Shown here: piece by piece, positions 12,418 to 25,026 of the stretch
Layout of the letters: each line of letters starts with the position of its first letter
Numbering within the stretch: position 1 is the first letter of the stretch
Source of the DNA: Syncephalis fuscata S228
Taxonomy: Eukaryota > Fungi > Zoopagomycota
Direction of reading: 5' to 3'
NCBI GenBank assembly: GCA_025786725.1
Contig: JAHLTZ010000018.1
Span: 1-64,000 of the forward strand
Length of the DNA: 64,000 bases
Notes under the pieces: model-generated
What the model saw: only the letters and a program-made list of their open reading frames with translations
Told to the model about the DNA's origin: nothing
The model's database searches: none
Made by a program: the position numbers and the translations under genes

Positions 12418-15106
12418 TGCTTCTGAGCACAATAATGCTTTTGTGATAGTGTAGCTTGTTAAAAACAATAGCACTAATAAGAAATTAAATGGAATTAACA
12501 GTCATAAATTACATCAATGAATAGTGGCGTCGGTACTAGAAACGGTTACAAGATCAATTTGAAAGACACCTAACTAGATAAAAGGCAGCTTTTCTCGTCC
12601 CATCCGCACCATCCATTAGTAATGTGACGAGGTGTCATGCAAAAAACAGGATGGCTGCGTTTTTGTTACACCACGACTTTATTGACCGTCGACGGCAGTT
12701 GCAAAGAGTTTCACCCCTCAGCCTTGTATTTGGTCAATCAAGCTACTATCAAAGTAGCCGGGTTGCTCTTGGCTAAAATATCGCTATAATTGACCATCTT
12801 TATTAATGCTATACATTCCAATAAACATTTAGTCGCAACAATCAGTCATATGATAATGCCAGGGCCTATTGGAATATAAAAAAATCACTAGAGTAGCACA
12901 GACGCCATAAAGGGCTCACGAATGCAGATAAATTCTTTTTCGCTGTTACATAGCCTGCAGTACAGGCCAGACATGCTGCATATTACTGCTGATTGGTGGG
13001 CCAGTTCCCCAAACGGTAAGATGCATGGTTGAAATTGCCTCTGAGGAAACATAGGCATTTCAAAATATGACATCGGCAAAACAGTTGCTATCTTTTCCTT
13101 AAACTATTGTACAAGCCTCATAGTTATGCAGTTTACGGCAATCCAGCTCCACGCATAGTTTTAGCTACTTAAAATGGCAATTGATATTGTTGGTTGAGAA
13201 CAGTTACATAGCATGCTAGAATAAAGCAATAATACTGCTTGGACGTTGCAATAACAACAGTGATTAATATCGTCAGCATTCCTTAGTAATTTAATAAAAT
13301 ATTAGTCGGTTTATAAACTTATACAATAAAATGTAGTGAATATACCAAACAAACCACCATTGGCAGTGTATACTATGTAGGCAGACAACCTCAAGTCAAG
13401 ACTGTGTTTTATATTCCTGATTCCGCCTATTTTACAAATGTAAATCTTTATAGTAGTTCCTTTGGATGCCGTACTAACCGTCATCATACCGGGATCCTAA
13501 TATCTAACAATGCAAATCGTGTGCTTAATTCTACGTTTTTATTTATATTTTTTATTTATAATGGGACGTAGTTATAAATTGTGGCTTTATTTTTTATACT
13601 GTTTTATATATTTATTAATGTACTATGAAATACTTTGATTATAAATTATACACTATAAATATTGTAATGCTTATGATACTCACCTCACTTTGGCCATCAA
13701 TCAATGTATGTCATAACTATTGTAGTTTTCAAAAAATATTATAAATACCTGTTTAAGCGGTCATTAATCAAATTAGATGCTATTACCAGCACGGTATTAT
13801 AATACTATAGTCATGTGGCTAATTATCATTATTTAAACAATGTTTTTATGATACGGTACAACTTGGTACTTGATGATGCCGATTATTGTTAGTGCCACCT
13901 CTAGCCCTATTACTTTTATTATTGTTATTATATTGCTCTAGTTCAAATTTAACTATTACTCAATAGGCCATTCAAATGCTGAGTAGTCAGTCAAAGTTCA
14001 TCTGATAATCATATAAACTAATATCAAAATAAAGCTTTTTATTATCATTGTTTGCCGCACCGTCGCATCATCGATTAAAAGATTTATTAATAGTCAGGTT
14101 GGTGATAACTCTTTGAGTGTTGATAATATCAATGATGATATTGCTGATGTTATTGATAATAATGATGAAGACAACAGCAGTATTGACACTGATGATAATA
14201 AGAAGATGAGGGAACTAAAACTAAGACTAAATCTATCAGTGATGATGGTGACGAAGATAAATAGCCAATGTTCCTAAGATACTAGTATTAATGGTGCAAT
14301 TGAACTGCTAATTTAATATATTTCAAGTATATATTCAGTTATGTAAATTTGTAATAACAAACAAATGATTTTATTTTCAAGTTATGCAATGTTTATTTGT
14401 TGATCAATAATCTGTTTAATAATGACGAAATCGTACGTGTGTGACTTTTGCTTACCTACATGACAATTGCTGAATAACAGCACTAGTGTTGATTATTTAC
14501 TACACAATAGCACAGGTTGAGTTTATTAATATACTTTATATAATATACTAAGGCATAATACAGATATTTAATATACACTTGTTGATTGTCGGCCCGTTAT
14601 TTCATTTTTAGTTGTGCTAATATTCATGCAACATTTACATTATGCGTCAATATAGTCATCATTGTAGATTCATTATACAGTATACATATTTATATTTACA
14701 TTCACCATACATCATTCTTTCATATACTAGACACATTTTGTTCATTGTGGTTTTTAACACACCTCGCTCAGTCTGTTTATTGCATTATACACGTTATAGA
14801 TTCAATACAATCATCCATGCTTTTCTCATTGTATATTAATATTAATAGATATCCTTTATATTCGCGCGATTATGTTCTATTCAAACTATTTTTTGTATAG
14901 TGCTAGCTTTATTATTAATAAAATCCAACTTACTATGCTGCTATGCACACTATAACTTACAGTCAAAGACAAAGCCTATTTATTGGTTATTCTATATCAT
15001 GTGGTAGTAAATAACGTTGATGGTGGTACTTAATTAATCTTATTGACCAGACGACAGTAATTATATTTTGTTACTCATTCTCCACATCACAACCTTCAAT
15101 TGCTCT

Positions 15107-16845
15107 ATGGATCGCGGAAGAAGGAGATCACGTAGCCCAACTAGACGCCGAGATGAAGATAGACACATAAGAGATCGTCGCGGCGAAGAACGACGGGATT
15201 GCAAACATGACGAAAAGCCACGTCATAAATCACATTCGCAACACCGTCGCGACGACCACGTATCTCATCGAAAACAAACGTCGCATCGCCATGATCGACG
15301 TAGCGATACGGGAACAGATAGCGATACTGGTACTGAAACTAGTTATGATTCTGAGGAAGAACGCCGGCAACGACGCAAAAAGCGTCACCGGCACGAACGC
15401 GACCGAAAGGAACGTCGCAAGAAGAAGAAGAAAGAAAGCGACGTGAACGCACACCATCTAGCGAAGATGAATCGACAGAGCACGACTCCGATGATTATAA
15501 GATTAATCAGTCCAAGTTGGATAAATTAAATACGCAAGGTAATAGAATATATTATATATGTGTATATGTCACCGCAAAACAACATTGTTACTATAATATC
15601 ACCATAGCTATCACCGACAAAGACTATTTTGCAAAAAGTACCGAATTTCGTGTATGGCTTCGTGAAAAGAAGCGATTATACTTTGATGATTTAAAAAGCA
15701 GTGAAGCACACAAACATTTTAGTAAATTTATTCGAGCATGGAATCGCGGCCAACTTGATCGTAAGTAAAAGGTATTGATTAATTTATAATGATTAATATT
15801 GTACAGAAAAATACTATACGGGTATTCGATCTTCACAATTGAATTCATCTGATTTAACAAAATATAAATGGAGTTTTGCAACCAAAGTGGTAAGTATTTA
15901 TTTATCTTAATGGCTATTGATTAATGCTGTTAAAGAATCAAGATGAAGTACTAGCTATCCGCGATACTGTCGATACAGCTACGAATAGCGAACGAATGGC
16001 ACGCGATTTTGCACAAAAAACACAAGGTCATAGAGAATCAAATAGAATTGATACGCCGGATAAGAAGGGTCGTCAGCCACATGGCAGTAAGTAAGACTGA
16101 GCAAATAGACAATTAGACTGAATAGTGGAGTATTAGTTGGACCTACAATGCCATCATTGCCAGGAAATAGCACTAGTTATGGTAGTGCCAGTAATGCAAC
16201 GCCGATGCCTGTAGGTCCTTATGGAGAAGGTAGGTAGTCGGTATAGTACTATGAACAAATAAATATTTAGATTTAATGCAATGTAGTAATGGATAACGAG
16301 GACCGTCGCCGATACGAAAGAGGACTCCAACGTAAAGATACCAAGAACTATAAGAAATCACGAGAAGCAGACTTAGAAGAGCTAGCACCAAAGGCCACAG
16401 GACGGTAAGTACCAAGCATACTACTAATATAGATACTCATCTATAATAACTATGGTCAATAGCGAGGCTATGATTGAGAAACGACGTGCACGATCAGCCT
16501 ATTTACATCGAGAACCGAGTCCAGACGTTGAACTATCAGAAAGCGATCTTATGGGCGGTGGTGATAGCTATCAAGCGCAGTAAGTGATAAATAGAGAGAG
16601 TATAAGTAGAATAGCCATACTAATACAAATACCGAATATAACATCTATGCAGTCTACAATCTTTAGAACAATCACGTATACGTCGAATGCAGCACAAACA
16701 AGAAGTACAAACGCATCGTGGCTCTGAAATGAATGAACGAATGGTCGCACATCAACGTAAAGAACAGGCAACTATGGATATGTTTCGACAATTGGTTGAA
16801 CAGCGTCAACAGCGAGAATTACAGCCACGTTCACACAATCCGTAA
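15107..16845 (+). CDS. Arg/Ser-rich nuclear protein with SCI1-like (style cell-cycle inhibitor 1-like) domain; multi-exon, apparent frameshift near 15435
   Basis: RSRSP/RD-rich N-terminus; DYFAKSTEFRVWLREKKRLYFDDL...FIRAWNRGQL; ELAPKATGREAMIEKRR; SESDLMGGGDSY; canonical short introns. Confidence 0.7.
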
Positions 16846-17073
16846 TACATGTTAACAGTTTAATAAACACTTGTAGTCATAACTATAATTATATTAATTA
16901 ATATTAATAATAAATAAGTGGATTCACAATTACTATTTTCCTTCCTTATTTGTACAAGTGCTCGAATTGGCACTTTATAAATAATGAGCAAGTGGTGTAA
17001 AAAATTTGCTCACTTTACATTTTTCTCCAATTATTTACGCGTTAATTAAAAGTACAGTATTATAAACGACATT

Positions 17074-18327
17074 ATGCCTTTCATTCCAAGTCTTTCTCTG
17101 CTTTGTGTACAAACACTGTTAAACACGCCGCCAGCCTATTGTATTACTGCAGTATGGACAACTGAGGCATTGCTAAAAGCATTAGGCTCAAACCATGCAG
17201 ATGAGCAGGTAATGACGCGTTACCATACTATTTCAACCTATTAACTCTAAAATAGTTACTTGATAGACTATTGGAACGAGGTGTGCTTGGTATGCAGGCC
17301 ATAAAAGACCATACCAATGAACTACCATTAGTCAAGATATGGTGGCCAGTACCTACACCTACACCATGTACAACTGTTACTTCTATACAACAGGTATTTA
17401 GCATACTATTAATCATTAACCAACCAGTCTAATACGGTCTATTATAGAGTAAAACAAAAGTACCACAAATAACTGCCAATCCAACACCTACCACGCCAAT
17501 AGCCACTAAAAGATCAATGGTAACTAGTTATATGTTAAAGTGTAATTATATACTAATTGATAAATACTAGCCATTATCGCCTACACCAGCGATAAAACGA
17601 CACCGAATAAGCAATATCAATAAACCATTCAAATCTCCACTGAAAAAGCTTGCTAGTCGATCCGATGTAGTACTACAGACTGATAAACAGAATAGTGCAG
17701 CAACTATTACACCCACTGTAGATGCATCAATAACACGCACAGATATATCAATAGGTGTGACTACACCTAACAAACAAATAGCTAGTGAACGACGATTCCG
17801 TTCACCATTAAGTTCAAAAATGCAAGATCCAGAAAGAAAACAATTGATTGAGCGTAAACGACAACTTGAAGTGGATATTGAACAAATGGAGACCAATCAA
17901 CGACGCCGTGCAATGATGACTACTTTCCAAAGACAGGTAATTTACTAATGAATGAATAAATTGATTACTAATGCGTAATAATTTGTTATTATTACAGAAT
18001 AAAGATCGATCTATCAATGAATCCATTAATAAATGGCGTACTGTCTGTCAAGAAGTGTTGGAGCGTATACGTGATCGAATTGATCCACAGGCATTTATTG
18101 CTGCTCAATCTCATACCCGTCCATTTTGGGAGGATACCAATTCATCTACTACACCAAAACACTTTAATTTAACTAATAACAACAACAATAACAACGAGGA
18201 AGAAGAAGAAGAAGAGAAGCCATCTGCCGTGCCAGAACAATTCACTTATCGATCTTTACTTAAAATATTAGGCATTACAGATTTAAGACTATTTCATTAT
18301 AATGATGAGGATGATTGTTTTTATTAA
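17074..18327 (+). CDS. Sfr1/Mei5-like Swi5-dependent recombination protein, multi-exon
   Basis: KPFKSPLK and RFRSPL repeats, coiled coil, INKWRTVCQEVL and C-terminal LLKILGI...HYNDEDDCF match the Mei5/Sfr1 family pattern. Confidence 0.72.
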
Positions 18328-18436
18328 TAAACTTTTTTATTTTTATTTTATTTTTTAATCACACCAATTCAACTTAATTCAATTTTATTGTTAGATTCAT
18401 ATTGAGAATTGGTACAATACGTTATTTATTTATACC

Positions 18437-21055
18437 ATGGGTAAACGAGCAAAGAAACGTACTCAGAGGAGACAGACGAGAAGGTAGAAGAGACAGTAAT
18501 TGTAGAAAGTAGCGAGGCAGTAGTGCCAAAGCGTGGTGTATACACTGCTGTATTGAATGCTGCTCATGCAGCGTGGAAAGCTTCAGAGCATGAACGTCAA
18601 CAAACAGTTGATAGTAATAATAATGTCGAAATAAGTGCAGATCATGATGATGATATGACAGTCGATACTATCGATGAAGCAACACTGCCTGACGAAGTTA
18701 TCCAAGAAGGTGATGGTTTATTTGCATTAGGAGATACATTAAATCATGCTGCTACTACTGCTACTGCTACATTAACGGATCGATCAAGTACATTGGGTAT
18801 TCCACGTTGGTTGGCTGAACCGGCCACTGTTATGGCGGATACAACATGGCCCGTCAATGACACACGTCTTGGTTTATCGACATCACTTATACAGCGCTGT
18901 CGACAAGCACATATTGAACAGCTATTTGCCGGTAAGATATAGAGAGAGCATAAGTACTAAACAGTTGTATTAATATATTGGATGGATAGTGCAAACGGCA
19001 GTTATTCCTCGTTTATTAAGATATCGTGATTGGAATGGGCGCTATGTCGATGGTGATCTATGTGTATCAGCGCCTACTGGTAGTGGTAAAACGCTTGCTT
19101 ATGTTTTGCCCATTGTTGAGGTAAATAGTATAATGGCAATAGTTACAGCTATATACTAATATATTTGTGAATATATAGACGTTGAAGCAACGTGTCGTTA
19201 TTCGATTACGTGCGTTAGTTGTATTGCCTACACGCGACTTGGTCATTCAAGTAAAAGAGACATTCGAAGAATTCTGTCGTCCTACTACACTGAAGGTACA
19301 GTACAACGGTCTATAAGTAGTCTATAGACTGATTGAATTGATAGGTGGGCATGGCCATGGGTCAGACATCATTTGCACAGGAACAGATGCAATTAGTCGG
19401 TGATATCGAACAAGGGTAATTAAATGGTATAAATAGTTAATAATGTTAATTAATATGCATTATATTAGTTTAAGTGGTGTTGATATACTAATTGCTACAC
19501 CTGGCCGTTTAATGGATCATTTAAATGGTACACATCACTTTACCTTAGAGTATTTACGCTTCTTAGTTATTGATGAAGCTGATCGTTTACTGGGTCAGAG
19601 TTTTCAAGAATGGCTACCGCAGATTCTTGACAAGCTAGGCAATAATACAGGTCATGATCATTGCAAGTACGTTTAGTTAGTTAGCTGGTTAATTATATTA
19701 TATTAATATAAAGTGGCGATAGAACAATGGCCGGTCTACCAGGTCCACCAGCACCACGGGTAAGTAGTATAGATAGTAATACATGATAGTCTATCATTAA
19801 CATATAACCATAGACGCAGAAATTGTTATTCTCAGCCACGCTTACACGTAATCCAGAAAAGATTGCTAGTCTTCGACTGGTGAATCCATCTTATATAGCT
19901 GTGCAATCAAGCCATGAAAAGAATAGTGAGCGTTATATAACACCTGCCACCTTAAAGGTACGTGATGACAAGTGTATTTGTATAACAACAAATAGCTTAT
20001 TTTCATAATTATAGGAACATTATTTAGTGTGTCGTACCACAGAGAAACCATTGATGGTTATTCATTTCGTCAAACTATTTCAACTTACTGGCACACTGTG
20101 TTTTACCAAATCGATTGATTCGGCTAATCGGTAAGTTAGTCAGTTAGTTGATCTTTATTAATTATTTAATTAGATTATCGCGATTGTTGGAGATTTATCA
20201 ACAACAACAGCAACAACAGAAAAAAGATACAGAAGACTGTGCAATGGATGTAGAGACAGATGTACGCTTATCAGCTGAATATTCAAGTGATCTAAGTGTA
20301 TCGGAACGGGCCACTGTAATGCGACAATTCCGTCAAGGAAAGATTAGAATGTAACTATTTGTATTAGTAATAGACGATAAACTAACATGATCAATGATCA
20401 GCTTGATTTGTTCTGATTTGGTAGCGCGTGGTATTGATTTAGACTGTGTTCAATCGGTTATTAGCTATGATGTGCCTATTTATATGAAGAAATATATTCA
20501 TCGAGTAGGACGAACAGCCCGTGCCGGTCGAGCAGGTACAGCATTTACACTGGTTGAAGAACAAGAGGTAAATAAGCAGTGGTGTAGTTTATTGTAGTCT
20601 ATTTAACTCAAGGGTATAGGCACGGTCATTTAAAGAAATGATGAGAAAGGCAGGCCACTGGGAACAAGTACGAAGAATTAATGTTAAAGCAAATGAACTG
20701 GAGCCACTGATTCCATGCTATGAGGTATAGTTTATATTAACAGCAAAATATAGAGCTGTTTGTTGATTGTTTGATATATGAATAGGCATCATTGGAGGCG
20801 TTACAGGCGGCTGTACAGCCACATCGAGTACGTGTTGTTCAAAAAACAGCAGAAGCGGAGTTGGAAGCAGGAGATGAGAAAGACGACGACGTGAAAGAGG
20901 ATAAAAAAGAAGCCAACAATTTACGCGAATTAATGCCACGTCGGACGAATAATAAGAAAGTAGCAACAGCAACAACAAAAAGATTAATGCTAGGAGCCAA
21001 TGTTTTACGTCAACATTTACAACAACAATTAACTAGCAATAACAACAGTTTATAA
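18437..21055 (+). CDS. DBP6: DEAD-box RNA helicase Dbp6/DDX51, multi-exon
   Basis: GDLCVSAPTGSGKTLAYVLP, LPTRDL, ATPGRLMDHL, VIDEADRLL, FSATLT, YIHRVGRTARAGRAG. The 5' end has a frame discontinuity near 18460. Confidence 0.88.
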
Positions 21056-21164
21056 ATTATTCAAAAGAAATAAAGATGATAAACGTAAAATTGTATAGAC
21101 TAGTAAAAAATGAAATTAATTAATAAATGAAATTTATTATAATAACAGTCGTGTTAGCTAACAT

Positions 21165-21767
21165 TTATCTGAAACAACTTCCACGGCGAGTCTTTTCATT
21201 ATTCATAGTCATCCTAGTTTCTTCTCTTCGCATATAGCGTCTTCTAATCAAATCAACCGATAATGGCTCCGGTTGAAGGTCAATATCGGCTAATATACCG
21301 ACATCATCGTTGATTAGGCTAGACAGCAGACTCAAGGCCATGTTCTGATCGCTTACAGGCAGACCAGCATCTTTTAACTGCTCAGCCATGATCCACATCT
21401 TATAGATATGGTCGCCAATGGGCATTTTAGGATCTTTTTGCATGGTATTAAAGCGACGAAAAAGATTACAAATAGCCAATAAGTCTTTTACTTTAAAGTG
21501 ATCGGCCAATGTGGCCAATATCGTTTTCGACGTGGAGCAAGATGTTACATAATGGATTAGTTCGTCGGAAATCCTTAATAAAATAATGCTCATAGCTTTT
21601 TTATCTTTTTCAATCCACAGTGCATTGTTAACTTTGTCGTCTTTTGATGGCGGATCTTGATCTACCGTTTCATAGGCATCTAGTAAGTCAAGGACCATTC
21701 TGATTTTTATCCTCCATGTATAATAGTTTTCATGGGTTAATATCTGAATTCGTGTAATATGATCCAT
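21165..21767 (-). CDS. Stand-alone Ty1/Copia Gag-like protein (DUF4219 + Retrotran_gag_2/UBN2-like), 200 aa
   Basis: LTHENYYTWRIKIRMVL, WIEKDKKAMSIILLRISDELI, EQLKDAGLPVSDQNMALSLLSSL. ATG-to-stop intact; no zinc knuckle, pol or LTR adjacent. Confidence 0.82.
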   Translation of the reverse strand: MDHITRIQILTHENYYTWRIKIRMVLDLLDAYETVDQDPPSKDDKVNNALWIEKDKKAMSIILLRISDELIHYVTSCSTSKTILATLADHFKVKDLLAICNLFRRFNTMQKDPKMPIGDHIYKMWIMAEQLKDAGLPVSDQNMALSLLSSLINDDVGILADIDLQPEPLSVDLIRRRYMRREETRMTMNNEKTRRGSCFR

Positions 21768-22411
21768 GGTAAATTATTGAAATAGTAGTTAAAAAAAGAG
21801 CGTTTAGATAAAAGAGGATAGAAAGCATGAGAAATTTGCACTAATAAAATAGTACCATGTGAGCGTCCAGACATGGCCATGTGCCGCATGAATTTACATG
21901 ACGTTGTTTGCTTTAATTTTCTCGTCTATAGTATATTGTTGCACAAGGCATGGACAGCATACCAAAACCAAATTATCTAGGCTGTTATAGCCACCTATGC
22001 TACAAGGAAGATGTTATGCATAAAATCCTATTAGACCACGCCATTTAAGTTTTGGTATATGATGCTATGGTTCGTCTAACAATGCTTTAATAAATAATAA
22101 CTAACACATGCATATTAGCCGTAGCTATTTATGAAACAAATTAAAATTACATCTGCATATACTAAATTTTGTACAATATATTATAATGTAAAATAAACTA
22201 TTCTATATATTCATCATGTATTAAATAATTAAAATATGATAGATAAGCGTAGCTTAAACTGTCAACAGTAATGATATAAAATAATTACCATATAGTTTCA
22301 ACTATACAAAACTCATCTATTAATTTATTTTTGTGGTTTTATAACATAAATATTATTTGATATTTGCTTTATAGTGCAATGCACAAATTGCTGAAAATAT
22401 ATTACTTTTTA

Positions 22412-24819
22412 GGGAAATTTTGAAAAATACACCGTTTAGCAGTTTTAATTACAGAAATACTCTTTTTTAAATTCTAAAAAAAATTTCCTTTTTTTTTCTT
22501 GTTTTATAAAATAAATACACTGCTTTTCACTTTTATTTAGAAAAATACATTGTTTTAAACTTTATTGTAATAAATTATTTTTTAAGTTTATTATAATAAA
22601 TTTAATAAATAAAAATAAATTGTTCTTTGCTTTTATTTATCGAGATACGCCGTTTTGAAAAACCTATCGCAATGTCTACCAAACTATTTAAAAAAGCTAT
22701 ATTTAACAGCATTGAAGAACTGAGGATTGCTGTTGACGAGTTTAAGCTTGTTAACGGTTGCAATTTTAAGAGGAAAAATAGTGATTCAACAAGATTACAG
22801 CTTATTTGCCCTCATGAAGACCATTTTAGCAACAAATGTCAGTTTGTTTTGACTGCCAGAAAGCAGAAAACTGGCTTAGTAAAGATTGTTCAATGCAATC
22901 TTGAGCATTTTAATGACTGTCCATATAATACGGGTAATGGTACTATTAAGTCTATTGCTAAATATATTACGAATGATGTTGCTACATTCTCAATTGTAAA
23001 ACCAAAAGATATACAAAGAAAATTATTAAAGTAGGTACATATTTGATTATTTAATATACACTAACAACTGTAATAGTTCAACAGGAGTTGATATTTCTTA
23101 TTACAAAGCTTGGTCCGCCCTTAATTCGATGAAAAAGAATGATATTAACAGCAATATCAATTCTTTTTCATTTATTAAAGATTACCTTATCAAATTTAAA
23201 CATTTTAATCCGGGTTCTGTTCAGCACTTCTCGCAGAACCAGTCTGGTAACTTTGAAAGGGCATTTTTATGTCCTTCATCAGCTATTAAAGCTTACCAGT
23301 ATACTCGTAAAGTACTGGTAATTGATGGCTGCCATTTAAGATCTTCTTATGGCGGTGTTGCTCTTACTGCAGTTGTTAAAGATGGAAATAACAATATTTT
23401 CCCTTTGGCTGTTGCTATAGTATCTCATGAAAATGAAAACAACTGGGTTTATTTTTTTAAACATCTATCAGATTCAATACCTGAATTAAAAGAAAAAGAT
23501 CAAGTCATCATTAGCGACAGAGATAAAGGAATAGAGTCTTCGATAAAAACTGTATTTCCCTTGGCACACCACTCTGCATGTGTTGCTCATATCGAAAGAA
23601 ACATCAATGCTGAATTTAAAACAAAGCTTAATGGTTTAATATGGAAAGCTGCGAAAGCTTTAACTAGTAAAGAATTTGATGGTATTTATATTTATTTAAA
23701 TTACATTCAAAGTACTAATTTATTTTCTAGATTCAATGAAAGTGATACGGTCATTAAATGAGCCAGCTTATAACAAGCTAATAGACTCAGCAAAAAACTG
23801 GGCTAGATCATCTTTTAAATGGCCAAGATTTGGTTGCGTTACTTCAAATTCATCAGAGTCATTGAACTCATGGATGAACGACCTTCGGAACAAATCCCAT
23901 TATCAATTTTTTACTGGATTTGTCGCCAAAGTTGGAACTTTGTTGAATAAGCGTAGAATTAAGTATTCACAAGCTCAAGGATTGTTAACTAATAATAGCT
24001 ATTTGTTGTATAAATCAACATTAACTGACGCCAATAATTATATAATTGACGATTATTCTGATACCAAATTTCAAGTTAAAGATATCAAGTCTGGTATTGT
24101 CAGAACAGTAGATTTAACTGCAAAAACCTGCACATGTGGATACTGGGAAGAGATGAAGTTTGTTTGTAGTCATGTGGCAATAATTTTGAAGAATCTTAAG
24201 CTCTTATTAGATGATTTTATTGATAAATCTTACACCATTGATTATCTAAAAAAGTATATGCTCTAGAAATTTGTCCGGTTGAAATGGAATCAATTACTGC
24301 GGACATTTCGTGTTTGCCACCGACAATAACGAAGAAAGCCGGTAGACCAAAAGTTAAAAGAATTAGATCTTGTGGTGAAGCTTTGGAAGCCTCTCAGCGA
24401 TATGCTTGTCGCAATTGTAGCTCAAAAGGACACAATACAAGAACATGCTCTGTAAACACTAGCATTAGTAACGCTGAAACAAACACTTTTATTGAAGAAC
24501 AAATACAAACTACTAGTGAAACGGCTATCAAAAAAAGAAAGCGTGTTATTAAAGAATGTTTAATTTGTGGTGAACGCCATTACAAGAAAACGAAGTGTGG
24601 GGTAAATAAAAAATGATTTTATTTATTAAATTTATTTAATAAACTTAAAAAATAATTTGTTATGGTAAAGTTTAAAAACAATGTATTTTTCTAAATAAAA
24701 GTGAAAAACGGTGTATTTATTTTATAAAACAAGAAAAAAAAAGGAAAAGTTTTTTAGAATTTAAAAAAGAGTATTTCTGTAATTAAAACCGAGAAACGGT
24801 GTATTTTCCAAAATTGCCC
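22412..24819 (+). mobile_element. Complete Mutator-like (MULE) DNA transposon with ~205-bp TIRs and 9-bp TSD
   Basis: TIRs gggaaattttgaaaaatacaccgttt... (22412-~22616) and ...aaacggtgtattttccaaaattgccc (~24615-24819). Perfect TSD tacttttta at 22403-22411 and 24820-24828. Confidence 0.96.
22672..24616 (+). CDS. MULE transposase (DDE + SWIM + CCHC knuckles); 2 introns, apparent 1-nt frameshift near 24250
   Basis: ISYYKAW, VIDGCHL, IISDRDKG, HSACVAHI, SESLNS, CTCGYWEEMKFVCSH (SWIM), GRPKVKR, CRNCSSKGHNTRTC. Introns 23031-23076 and ~23682-23730. Confidence 0.9.
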
Positions 24820-25026
24820 TACTTTTTAATATGGACTATTTTACAAAGTACTAATGTTAATTGGTAAATTTTCTTATTAATAAGTGGATTTCACTACACT
24901 TTTTTCTTTTTCGTTGGTTTTTGTCTTTCCCATACCACACTCGCACGTGAGCGTGTGTGTTCTTCATTGCTGTTGTTGGTCCTTGTAGTGCTTACGTGAC
25001 ATTACTGACATACTTTCTGTTCCGCT

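Noticed and set aside
18441-18466. 26-nt GT-AG intron that would repair the DBP6 start
   Set aside because: Much shorter than other introns here and lacks a branch motif; a missing base is more plausible. Not excluded without cDNA.
17074-21055. Mating-type locus suggested by SFR1, an RNA helicase and inverted repeats
   Set aside because: No HMG-box, homeodomain or triose-phosphate transporter gene seen; the helicase is the ribosome-biogenesis factor Dbp6.
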